Assembly: GCF_023055435.1 (NCBI RefSeq)
Contig: NW_025963813.1
Coordinates: 21,266,001-21,330,000 of the forward strand
Direction: 5' to 3'
Length of the DNA: 64,000 bases
Source: Haliotis rufescens
Taxonomy: Eukaryota
Positions 21,449 through 34,300 of this stretch are shown here, one piece after another (position 1 is the first letter of the stretch; each line of letters begins with the position of its first letter). The position numbers and the translations under genes are program-made. The notes beneath the pieces were generated by a model. It was not told the origin of the DNA and made no database searches. It saw only the letters and a list, made by a program, of their open reading frames with translations.

Positions 21449-22535
21449 CATTCTCGATATGCCAGTCTTCAGTCTGGTTACATTCTCGATATGCCAGTCT
21501 TCAGTCTGGTTACATTCTCGATATGCCAGTCTTCAGTCTGGTTACATTCTCGATATGCCAGTCTTCAGTCTGCTTACATTCTCGATATGCCAGTCTTCAG
21601 TCTGCTTACATTCTCGATATGCCAGTCTTCAGTCTGCTTACGTTCTCGATATGCCAGTCTTCAGTCTGCTTACATTCTCGATATGCCAGTCTTCAGTCTG
21701 CTTACATTCTCGATATGCCAGTCTTCAGTCTGCTTACGTTCTCGATATGCCAGTCTTCAGTCTGCTTACATTCTTGATATGCCAGTCTTCAGTCTGCTTA
21801 CATTCTTGATATGCATGTCTTCAGTCTGCTTACATTCTCGATATGCCAGTCTTCAGTCTGCTTACATTCTCGATGTGCCAGTCTTCAGTCTGCTTACATT
21901 CTCGATATGCCAGTCTTCAGTCTGGTTACATTCTCGATATGCCAGTCTTCAGTCTGCTTACATTCTCGATATGCCAGTCTTCAGTCTGCTTACATTCTCG
22001 ATATGCCAGTCTTCAGTCTGCTTACGTTCTCGATATGCCAGTCTTCAGTCTGCTTACATTCTCGATATGCCAGTCTTCAGTCTGGTTACATTCTCGATAT
22101 GCCAGTCTTCAGTCTGCTTACGTTCTCGATATGCCAGTCTTCAGTCTGCTTACATTCCCGATATGCCAGTCTTCAGTCTGCTTACATTCTTGATATGCAT
22201 GTCTTCAGTCTGCTTACATTCTCGATATGCCAGTCTTCAGTCTGCTTACATTCTCGATGTGCCAGTCTTCAGTCTGCTTACATTCTTGATATGCATGTCT
22301 TCAGTCTGCATAGGGGCGGTCGGGTAGCCTAGCGGTTAAAGCGTTCGCTCGTCACGCCGAAGACCCGGGTTCGATTCCCGACATGGGTACAATGTGTGAA
22401 GCCCATTTCTGGTGTCCCCCGCCGTGATATTGCTGGAATATCGCTAAAAGCGGCGTAAAACCAAACTCACTCACTCACTCACTCACTTCAGTCTGCTTAC
22501 ATTCTCGATATGCCAGTCTTCAGTCTGCTTACATT
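21449..22535 (+). repeat. 32-bp minisatellite, ~28 copies, interrupted by a SINE
   Basis: Unit CATTCTCGATATGCCAGTCTTCAGTCTGCTTA, highly homogeneous. Confidence 0.97.
22313..22485 (+). mobile_element. tRNA-SINE family A, full length
   Basis: A and B boxes, (ACTC)n tail, TSD CTTCAGTCTGC (22299-22309, 22486-22496) plus 3 extra nt at the 5' junction. Confidence 0.95.
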
Positions 22536-23329
22536 TAACAGCCAATTTGCATTATTCTCCAGGTTGCAATTCAAAGACAGCTGCCTTTGTTGTTGTTGTA
22601 GAAGAAGACTCAACGCAGATATCTGATTTAAGAACAGTTTCATGTTGATTAGTTCTGCAACGTCAGGTGGACAAATGTCATGGCTGCAACGCATAACTCC
22701 TAATTCTGGTGCTGTCAACTGCTCCAACAACGTGGTCTTCCTTCTATGTGAATTATTGTATTTCTTAAGTTAAATACAGCTTCCAACTCTGGCGGAATGT
22801 CGCAATGGATATTCTGCTACATCTTCCGTCCCATGCTTCCTGTAGAATTGCTTTTAATGCAGATCATGGAAAGATAACTCGTTTCTATGACTGACTAGAC
22901 TTGGGTATCTCATTGTGAAGACTGGGGTTCCCTTGGTGCAGGTCCCTTGGTTTGCAGTCACTGCAGTAAATGGGAACGCATCAGGTTCAGGCACAGCCAA
23001 TCCAGAACCACGCACGTTCATGGATTACATAGACATCGTATAGGTGTGTGTTTAACATTATTGATATTCTCCCGTAACTTGTTATTACTTTTTACGAACA
23101 CATTACAACATATGACGTGCTTTCACCAAACAAATATCGTATCTTTCCTACCTGTCCTATAACGGATTAATCACCACATGTGCGAGTTGGCGTTCTCCGG
23201 ATTTCAGATCAACATTTAGTAAGATTCAGCTGTCATGGGATCAGTGAATTCCTCTCCAAGTCGCAGGATAATGACGATTTTGTGCGATGCAGCACATCAA
23301 TCTTGCCGATGCTGTTTTGCGGCGGAAAG

Positions 23330-25105
23330 GGCAGCCTACTAATGTAGTATCGTGTATATTTTGTACTAGTCACTTGTATGTTAATGACGTTCAGGCAGCC
23401 TTCCAATGTAGTATCGTGAATATTGTGTACATCTGCTTGTCACTTGTGTGTGATTAGTGTTATTCAAGCAGCCTTCTAATGTAGTATCGTGTATATTGTG
23501 TACTTGTCACTTGTATGTAAGTGATGTTATTCAAGCAGCCTTCTAATGTAGTATCGTGTATATTGTGCACTTGTCACTTGTATGTTAGTGATGTTATTCA
23601 GGCAGCCTTCCAATGTAGTATCGTGTTTATTGTGTACTAGATACTTGTATGTTAGTGATGTTATTCAGGCAGCCTACTAATGTAGTAACGTGTATATTGT
23701 GAACTATGAACTTGTATTTTGGTGATGTTAGTCAGACAGCCTACTAATGTAGTATCGTGTATACTGTGAACTAGTCACGTGTATGTTAGTGATGTTATTC
23801 AAGCATCCTACTAATGTAGCATCGTATATAATCTGTATTGTATAATGGTCACATGTATGTGAGTAATGTTATTCAGGCAGCCTACTAATGTAGTATCGGA
23901 AATATTATATAATAGTCACATGTATGCGCGTGATGTTATTCGGACATGCTTCCAAAGTAGTATCGTGTATATTGTGAACTATTCACTCGTATGTTATTGA
24001 TGTTAGTCAAGCATCCTCCTAATGTAGTATCGTGTATATTGTGAACTAGTCACTTGTATGTTAGTGATGTTATTCAGACAGCCTACTAATGTAGTATCGT
24101 CTATATTGTATAATAGTCACTTGTATGTGAGTGATGTTATTCAGGCAGCCTACTAATGTAGTATCGTATATATTGTATAATAGTCACTTGTATGTTAGTG
24201 ATGTTATTCAGGCAGCCTACTAATGTAGTATCGTATACATTGCGTACTTTTCACCTGTATGTAAATTATGTTATTGGGGCAGCCTACGTATGTTGTATCG
24301 TCTATATTGTATAAAAGTCACATGTATATGAGTGATGTTATTCGGACATGCTTCCAATGTAGTATGGTGTATATTTTGAATACTCGTCACACGTGTGTTT
24401 GTCATGTTAGTCAAGCATCCTACTAATGTAGTATCGTAATATTTTATAATAGTCACTAATGTAGCATCGTATATATACTGTATTGTATAATAATCACTTG
24501 TATGTGAGTGATGGTATTCAGGCAGCCTACTAATGTAGTATCGTGTATATTGTGTACTAGTCACTTGTAGGTGAGTGATGTTATTCAGGCAGCCTACTGA
24601 TGTAGTATCCCGTATATTCTGTACTAGTCATTTGTATGTGAGTGATGTCGTTCGAGCAGCCTTCTAATGTTGTGTTGGGTATATTGTGTACTAGTCACAT
24701 GTGTGCTAGTGATGTTATACAGGCAGCCTACTAATATAGCATCGTGCATAATGTACCAGTCACTTGTATGTGAGTGTTGTTATTCAGGCAGCCTACTAAT
24801 GTAGTATCGAAAATATTGTATAATAGTCACATGTATGTGAGTGATGTTATTCGGACATGCTTTCAAAGTAGTATCCCGTATATTGAGTACTCGTCACATG
24901 TGTGTTTCTGATATTAGTCAAGCATCCTACTAATGTAGTATCGTTAGTCACTAATGTAGTATCGTATATATTGTATTGTATACTAGTCACATGGATGTGA
25001 GTGATGTTTTTTCCCGGCAGCCTACTTATGTAGTATCGTATATATTGTATAATGGTCACTTGTATGTGAGTGATGTTATTCAGGCAGCCTTCTTATGTAG
25101 TATCT
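23330..25105 (+). repeat. 67-bp minisatellite, ~26 diverged copies with higher-order variant blocks
   Basis: Consensus CAGGCAGCCTACTAATGTAGTATCGTGTATATTGTGTACTAGTCACTTGTATGTTAGTGATGTTATT. Period checked from 23465 to 23532. Confidence 0.93.
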
Positions 25106-27989
25106 GCACAAAGCAATGCAGTACCTACATGGTGGGGTCATATATTCATCGGTTAATGATATCTACAGCCGCAAACCATGAACATCTGGCACCCTGCTTG
25201 TATTTATCCTGACGTTACTACAAGTACAAATGGTAACCACAAAAACTACAACAATAAACAGATATAAGCAACATATCATACAGTATAATATTTGCATAAA
25301 TATATGTTTCTTCATGAGCGATCTAATATAATTCGTAATGAAAATGAACACGTTATCGTAAACAGAAGTTAAATATATTTCGTATGAAGTGCCCGCTACA
25401 TTGCCTAAGTTAATTTTTGAGCTGTCCACATGATCGTCCGAGGAAATACATGTACATCCTACACAATTACATGTGAAAGGTATGTGATTATCAGACACAC
25501 ATACACGGTATGGAAGCATGTACAAATTGATAATAAGCTAAATGTATATTAGATCATTGTGCATACAATCACCTCTCTGTGTGTGTTCGCCACTGACGTG
25601 TCCTTATTGTGGTGACGTGTGACCAGGCTCCACAGACATGACTGGCTCACTATTATAGATACGCCGAGAACTCCACCAGTTGAGCTTATCAACGCTCCAG
25701 TGTGGACGTACACAGCCGCGCGTTTCACATCACACATTGATCGTTTGCAAGTTTGACCATCTCCAAGAAGAAGTGATATTCCTTAACTTGGACTTCATTA
25801 TACCCAAGACATTTTTTTCGTGTATGCACAGCTATCTTTGAGTAGCATCCACCTTTTGTGTGCACTTTGGTAGTTGTTTGAAAGATCTTGTCAAGGGTTC
25901 TCACTGGAATCACACGAAGAAAGGTATATTGGATGAAGTTGTGTGTGTCTCTCAAACCCTGCCGCGGCATGTTGAGCAGTATGGAGGTTTCTTAACGGCC
26001 ACCTGAACATTTCGTTTCAAGACTGATGCCCGGCACATTCGGAAAGTAGAAGGTACGAATTTATAATTTGCATAAGGTTGATTCTACGGAAACTTGCATA
26101 CGCTTAATTATTCAATCTCAAAAGAAGTATAAAGGTGCAAAAGTCGAATCGGATAATAATGAAATAATCTACAACACTATATTATTTCAAAACTATATGC
26201 ATTTTATGTTGCAACATATTATACATTTTATACCATTGGCTACAAAAATAATATAATTATACATAACAAATTTCCACCAGACATAATTGTAATCACGTCA
26301 ACAGTATTGCGCACACACCTGGATGTAATTCCAATTCCTTTGCTCATTGCCAGTGTTACCGACAATATATGAAAGCGGCACCGAGACAAAACATTCAACA
26401 TGCAAACATTTTACAAACTGAAAACCGAGTGTTTGTTTTCAAGTGTTCGTTTAAACGTATGCGAGCATGTCCTACTTTGTTTGTGAAAGGATGCATACGG
26501 TCAACATACGCATCATCGCGCGAAATGTTAACATACTGCACTTAACCTCGCATGACATTGGGGAGAGATGGACAAGTGCTTCTGCTTGAAACGATGAGTT
26601 TCGTAATACGCATAAGGTAACATCAACGTGAAATTATATATCATCGAGAGAATATCAAATTGGGTACTGCGCACGGATCGTTGAGAACAATGGACACACA
26701 TGAGTGTTTTGAAAATCGATGCAAATGTTAGGAACAGTGATCCCATGCGCAAACATGTCGCCCAGTCCATTGGAGAATTGAAACACAACATCGATTCCAG
26801 ATTTACAATATAACGAACTCAAATTCAACACTTTTAGATCTTTTTTGCCTGTTGTTTGGGGTTTCGTCGTTATGTGTTATTGTCGGTATGGGTGGTGATT
26901 TCGGTGGTGACGGTGGTGGCGGATGGGGTGGAGGTGCGGTCATGTATGTGTGCGTGTGCACGTGCTTGTGCGTGTGTGTATACATGTATTATTCTTATAA
27001 TGTTTCAAGTTGAGTATCAATAATTACATTACCAAATACGAAACAGACCTCAAAATAACAATGAATTCATAATATCCTTATATGCACGTACCATAATATT
27101 TTGGTAATGACTTGAAGGATTCCGAAATATGACACACGCTCAATCAGATCTCCGTTGAATGGCAGCATGATATAAACATGTATGCGTAGAACTAAGGAGG
27201 AATTTCAGAACATGACCTTATTGCTTGAACACTTTTCGAATTTTAAAGTTTTGCACCATTAAATCTGTACCTGTGTGCACCACGCTCATATTTGCGTTAA
27301 TAAGAATCACTGTGATTTCCGCCGTAGAAGAAGCCCGCAGAAACATTAACAATTTTGTAGTAATGGAAAGTAGCCTCATATCGATTAGCATTGCTTCATG
27401 AAAGGTAGTCATTCCAAACTGTAACACCACTGAAGGTCAGGAATATAAATAACCCGTCGACCCAAACGAGTGACTACATGGATAGTTTGTTTTGTAGCCA
27501 TACCCATTTCCATTATTGTGTAGTTTCTAAAGTGCATGTTTATGTTTGCATTTATGTTTGCTCAAACATTTTTTAATTGCTACAATGTTGAGGATATATT
27601 TTAGAATAGGAGACTACACTGTATCGTGGTTATGTCCCTGACTAGTAATATGCTTTTGCCCATAATAGTGATGGCTGCCCAGTCAGTATAATCGATTGAA
27701 CGTTAAAATGCATCATTAATCAATGATGACAACCCAAAATATAGATGACGCAAATGATAGGAAAGCATATAGCAATTGCTTTCTCAATAATATTTGTCCT
27801 GTTTTTAATATTTTTTAAAAAGTATCATTTCACTATAATCTGTTACCGATGAACTTGAGGAAACTTAAATAATCTTTTACATTACACGCCATTCCACATT
27901 CCAAAGCTACGAGATTGCACGTATGACGTCAGAAATCCTTAAACGGTATATGGAAAATATCAAAATACAAGTAACGTAATGGTCACCGT

Positions 27990-29425
27990 ACAAATTCCTG
28001 CATCAAGGACAGAACACGGACATGACTCAATACGAACACAGTCCTGCAGAAAGGACAGTACACGGACATGACACAATTCAATACAACACAGTCCTGCATC
28101 AAGGACAGAACACGGACATGACTCAATACGAACACAGTCCTGCATAAAGGACAGTACACGGATAAGTCAATACGGAGAAACTTCTGCATCAAGGACAGCA
28201 CACTGACATGACTCAATACGAACACAGTCCTGCAGAAAGGACAGTACACGGACATGACACAATTCAATACAACACAGTCCTGCATCAAGGACAGAACACG
28301 GACATGGCAAAATACGGAGACACCTCCTCATCCAGGACAGAACACGGACATGACTCGATACGGAGAAACTCCAGCATCAAGGACAGTACACGGACGTGAC
28401 ACAATACAACACAGTCCTGCATCAAGGACAGTACACGGACATGACACAATACGGAGACACCTCCTCATCCAGGACAGAACACGGACATGACACAATACAA
28501 CACAGTCCTGCATCAAGGACAGCACACGGACATGACACAATACGGAGACACCTCCTCATCCAGGACAGAACACGGACATGACACAATACAACACAGTCCT
28601 GCATCAAGGACAGTACACGGACATGACACAATACAACACAGTCCTGCATCAAGGACAGTACACGGACATGACACAATACGGAGACACCTCCTCATCCAGG
28701 ACAGAACACGGACATGACACAATACAACACAGTCTTGCATCAATGACAGTAGACGGACATGACACAATACGGAGAAACCCCTGCATCAAGGACAGCACAT
28801 GGACATAAGTCAACACGGACATGACTCAATACGAACACAGTCCTGCATCAGTGACAGCACACGGACATAAGTCAACACGGACACAGCTCTGCGTCAACGA
28901 CATTTCATGGACATGACACAATACGGAGAAACTCCTGCATCAAGGACAGCACACGGACATGACACAATACAACACAGTCCTGCATCAAGGACAGTACACG
29001 GACATGACACAATACAACACAGTCCTGCATCAACGACAGTAAATGGACATGACACAATACGGAGAAACTCCTGCATCAAGGACAGCACACGGACATGACT
29101 CAATACGAACACAGTCCTGCATCAACGACAGAACACGGACATGACTCAATACGAACACAGTCCTGCACAAAGGACAGTACACGGACATGACACAATACGG
29201 AAAAACTCCTGCATCAAGGACAGCACATGGACATGACACAATACAGAAAAACTTCTGCATCAAGGACAGAACACGGACATGACTCAATACGAACACAGTC
29301 CTGCATCAAGGACAGGACACGGACATAAGTCAATACGGACACAGCCCTACATCAACGACAGAACACGGACATAACTCAAAACGGTGAAACTCCTGCACCA
29401 AGGACAGAACACGGACATAAGTCAT
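27990..29425 (+). repeat. 45-46-bp minisatellite, ~30 copies
   Basis: Unit CACAGTCCTGCATCAAGGACAGAACACGGACATGACTCAATACGAA with alternating variants. Confidence 0.93.
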
Positions 29426-30449
29426 ACGCTCAGCTTTGTGATGTGTTTTCCATGGGAAGTAAAGCGTTATTTACTTAATAAGGTTTTATGAGTGACTGAG
29501 TTAAGTTTTTGGCCGCGTTAGCATTAATCCAGGTACAGACCGGGACACCAGGCAAATGTAACAATAAGTATATCTATTGACTGACAAGGCCCACGAACTT
29601 GGCACACAGAGTAGTAATTTTCAGTAGCTATACTGAAAAGACACACGTATGTCTATAAATGCCAAAATATTAATAATGATCTGTCTGTATGCCATGGACA
29701 AATATTGAATTGTTTTTTTATGATTTTGATTATTACTAACGCTGAAACGACCCTTCACTTTAAGTATATCACCAGAAAACAACCAAATAATAAAACAATA
29801 ACAAATTGCCCCACTCTATCCGCGATGTCCACATGTATTCTTGAGCGTATGGTAGACAAGATTTGCTTTTGGCAACGGTATCACTGCATTCACACACTAT
29901 TCTTCACATCTACGCGGATTTATTTATTTATTTTCTGAACACGTTCAGCATTATGTTTTGAACCTAATCATGTTCATAAGTAGATAGTAATATACTTAAT
30001 CGTGGCATCCCACGGTTACCTCCCTTTCGCAAGTCAACAGGATGACGTAAATATGTCTGTCTGTAGCTGATCTAATATCGTATCAGTGAACTCTCCTGCC
30101 CAGAGTTCCTTGCGGTCAACAGGGTACCTATGTCACAGGTCAGCGAGATGTGACTACACATTGTGTAGTTTACTCTCATTGATAAATCATCCTAAGACGT
30201 GTAAAACTTTTTTTCCATTTGCGGATATTTCTTAATTTATTTACAATAGTTGTACTGCTCCACGTATAAGCTTCTGGTGATGCGGCCATTTTGATGTGTA
30301 TTGATATATTGCCATGCCTTCCCTCTCGCATTTGGGGTAGCATATCTTAATAATTATGCAAAAGAAATATGTAAATCGCACTGAAAGTATTCCTCTGGAC
30401 CGGGCTGCTCTGATTTCAGTTTAAGCGTGTTTGTTTACAAACCAGGGTT

Positions 30450-30714
30450 GGTTTGTTTGTTTGTTGTTTTACGCCGCACTCAGCAATATTACAGCTATAT
30501 GACGGCTGTCTGTAAATAACCGAGTCTGGACAAGACAATCCTTTGATTGATATCATGAGCATCGATCCACGCAATTGGGATCGATGACATGCTTCAACCA
30601 AGTCTGCGAGCCTGACCACCCGATCCCGTTAGTCGCCTTTTACGACAAGCATAGTCGCCCTTTACAGCAAGCATGGGTTGCTGCAGACCTATTCTACCCC
30701 GGATCTCCACGGGG
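30450..30714 (-). mobile_element. SINE family B (no obvious tRNA head, (AAAC)n tail), near full length
   Basis: Homologous to 41860-42105 and 47226-47425. The 3' end GCTGGAATATTGCTGAGTGCGGCG is shared with family A. Confidence 0.85.
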
Positions 30715-31059
30715 TGGATCGTTTACTAATCTCGGACTGGGTGTCATGTTTGCTAGAGGGACTGTTGGTTCGGTCACGTGATACGTAAATTAGCCTATGG
30801 CAGTAGTCATCGCTGCGCCTGGATGTGGTATTAATAGAGACATCAAAATCACGAAGAGCACAGAGGGCTTTAAATCTAGTGTGAACACTATTTCAGTTGA
30901 GTCCATTGTATTTTGTTGGTTTTCAGATCGCTTTGATTAATAAGACAGTATGCTAGAGTTGTGGCATTTAGAGGGGTAGTGATACTTGTAGTGATACTTT
31001 TCCGCGTCCTGTCCAGTTTCCTTCTGTCCCATCACATCTGAAGGTGAGATGAAATTGGG

Positions 31060-31336
31060 TTTCACGTCGCGTCCAAGATTATTGCATTTATACAGCGACG
31101 TGCATGTACGTGTGTGTGTGCGTGTGCGTGCGTTTGTACTGGTCCGGACTAATGCCGATTTTATAGTTCTAGTCCACTGAGATACCATGCCGCAGTTTGA
31201 CATGAATACCCCACTCAGACACAGTATACTGACTCCGAGCCGACCAGCCCTTGTTTTAGCCCCTTAATGCCGACCGCCTGACAGGGTAACAACAGGTACT
31301 ATTTCTAAAAGTCTTTTGGTATGATGCGGCCGGGAA
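31060..31336 (-). mobile_element. Diverged SINE of the molluscan MESC/Meta-core type, with its head lost at the satellite edge
   Basis: CCACTCAGACACAGTATACTGACTCCGAGCCGACCAG...GTCTTTTGGTATGATGCGGCCGGG resembles the molluscan core SINE as I recall it. Contains an internal (GT)n tract. Confidence 0.55.
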
Positions 31337-31340
31337 TATA

Positions 31341-34300
31341 AGTACACCAGATGAAAGTACACCAGATGAAAGTACACCAGATGAAACTACACAGGTGAAA
31401 CTATACCAGGTGAAACTACACCAGTGAAACTATACCAGGTGGAACTACACCAGTGAAAGTACACCAGTAAAAGTACACCAGGTGAAACTACACCAGTTGA
31501 AATTACTACAGGTGAAACAACACCTGTGAAACTATACCAGGTGAAACAACACCAGTGAAACTACACCGGGTGAAACTACACCAGATGAAACTACACCAGA
31601 GAAACTACACCAGGTGAAACTACACCAGTGAAACTACACCACTGAAACTACACCAGGTGAAAGTACACCAGTGAAACTATACCAGGTGAAAGTACACCAG
31701 AAGAAACTATACCAGGTGAAACTACACCAGTGAAACTATACCAGGTGAAACTACACCAGGTGCAAGTATACCAGTAAAACTACACCAGTGAAAGTACACC
31801 AGGTGAAACTTCACCAGATGAAACTACACCAGAGAAACTACACCAGTGAAACTACACCAGGTGAAACTACACCACTGAAACTACACCAGGTGAAAGTACA
31901 CCAGTGAAACTATACCAGGTGAAAGTACACCAGAAGAAACTATACCAGGTGAAACTACACCAGTGAAACTATACCAGGTGAAACTATACCAGGTGCAAGT
32001 ATACCAGTAAAACTACACCAGTGAAAGTACACCAGGTGAAACTACACTAGTGAAACTACACCAGGTGAAAATACACCAGTGAAAGTACACCATATGAAAC
32101 TACACCAGTGAAAGTACACCAGGTGAAACTACACCAGTGAAACTACACCAGGGGAAACTACACCAGTGAAAGTACACCAGGTGAAACTACACCAGATGAA
32201 ACTACACCGGGGAACTACACCAGTGAAAGAACACAAGTGAAAGTACACCAGTGAAAGTACACCAGGTGAAACTACACCAGTGAAAGTACACCAGGTGAAA
32301 CTACACCAGTGAAACTACACCAGGTGAAACTATACCAGTGAAAGTACACCAGCTGAAACTACAACAGTGAAACTACACCAGATGAAACTACACCGGTGAA
32401 ACTACACGAGGTTAAACTACACCAGGTTAAACTACACCAGGTAAAAGTACACCAGGTGAAACTACAACAGTGAAACTACAACAGTGAAACTAAACCAGAT
32501 GAAACTACACCAGGATAAACTACACCAGGTTAAACTACACCAGTGAAACAACACCAGGTTAAACTACACCAGGATAAACTACACCAGGTTAAACTACACC
32601 AGTGAAACAACACCAGGTTAAACTACAACCGTGAAACTACACCAGGTGAAAGTACACCAAATGAAAGTACACCAGGTGAAACTACACCAGTGAAACTACA
32701 CCAGGTGAAACTACATCAGTGAAAGTACACCAGGTGAAAGTACACCAGTGAAACTACACCAGATGAAACTACACCAGGTTAAACTACACCAGTGAAACAA
32801 TACCAGATGAAACTACACCAGTGAAACTATACCAGGTGAAACTACACCAGTGAAAGAAAACCAGTGAAACTACACCAGGTGAAACTACACCAGGTGAAAT
32901 TACTACAGGTGAAACCACACCTGTGAAATTATACCAGGTGAAACTCAACAGGTGAAACTACAACAGGTTAAACTACACTAGGTGAAACTACACCAGTGAA
33001 ACTATACCAGTTGAAACTACACCAGGTGAAAGTATACCAGTGAAACTACACCAGTGAAAGTACGCCAGGTGAAACTACACCAGGTGAAACTACACCACTG
33101 AAAGTACACCATGTGAAACTACACCAGTGAAACTACACCAGGTGAAACTACACCAGTGAAAGTACACCAGGTGAAACCACACCTGTGAAACTATACCAGG
33201 TGAAACTGAACAGGTGAAACTACAACAGGTTAAACTACACCAGGTGAAACTACACCAGATGAAACTACACCAGGTGAAACTACAACAGTGAAACTACACC
33301 AGATGAAACTACACCAGTGAAAGAACACCAGTGAAAGTACACCAGGTGAAACTACACCAGTGAAAGTACACCAGTGAAACTACACCAGGTGAAACTACAC
33401 CGGTGATACTACACCAGGTTAATCTACACCAGGTTAATCTACACCAGGTTAAACAACACCAGGTGAAACTACACCAGGTTAAACTACAACAGTGAAACTA
33501 CACCAGGTTAAACTACAACAGTGAAACTACACCAGGTTAAACTACAACCATGAAACTACACCAGGTGAAAGTACACCAGATGAAAGTACACCAGATGAAA
33601 CTACAACCGCGAAACTACACCAGGTGAAACTACACCAGATGAAAGTACACCAGATGAAACTATAACCGTGAAACTACACCAGGTGAAACTACACCAGGTG
33701 AAAGTACACCAGATGTAACTATAACCGCGAAACTACACCAGATGAAAGTACACCAGATGAAAGTACACCAGATGAAACTATAACCGTGAAACTACACCAG
33801 GTGAAAGTACACCAGATGAAACTACACTAGGAGAAACTACACCAGGTGAAGCTACACCAGATGGAACTACCACAAGGTGAAACTACACCAGGTGAAACTA
33901 CACCAGATGAAACTACATGTACATCAGTTGAAAGTACACCAGATGAAACTATAACCGTGAAACTACACCAGGTGAAACTACATCAGTTGAAAGTACACCA
34001 GATGAGACTACAACCGTGAAACTACACCAGGTGAAACTACACCAGATGAAACTACAACCGTGAAAGTACACCAGGTGAAAGAACACCCGATGAAACTACA
34101 ACCGCGAAACTACACCAGGTGAAACTACACCAGATGAAACTACAACCGTGAAACTACACCAGGTGAAACTACACCAGATGAAACTACAACCGTGAAACTA
34201 CACCAGATAAAACTACACCAGATGAGAGAGTGAGTATGGCTTGACGCCGCTTTTAGCAATATTCCAGCAATATCACGGCGGTGGACACCAGAAATGGGCT

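Noticed and set aside
21343-22332. Long ORFs (up to 302 aa) in all three plus frames
   Set aside because: Artefact of a stop-free 32-bp tandem unit; the same peptide cycles through all frames.
22313-22385. tRNA gene
   Set aside because: It is the tRNA-derived head of a SINE, with SINE body, simple-repeat tail, TSD and multiple copies.
21449-22535. CRISPR-like appearance of the 32-bp repeats (also the 25-, 46- and 67-bp arrays)
   Set aside because: Units are head-to-tail with no unique spacers, there are no cas genes, and the context is eukaryotic.
22560-23000. Possible tyrosine recombinase C-terminal remnant on the minus strand (ATFRQ...H...DVAELI)
   Set aside because: Needs several frameshifts and the catalytic residues cannot be placed; unsupported without an HMM search.
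25560-27430. Possible transposase fragments (LLLGDGQTCKR; TTFHEAML...SSTAE) on the minus strand
   Set aside because: The motifs are weak and in the wrong order for a single gene.
27960-29296. Cys/Val-rich and Thr/His-rich ORFs (also 57880-59267)
   Set aside because: These are translations of minisatellite units.
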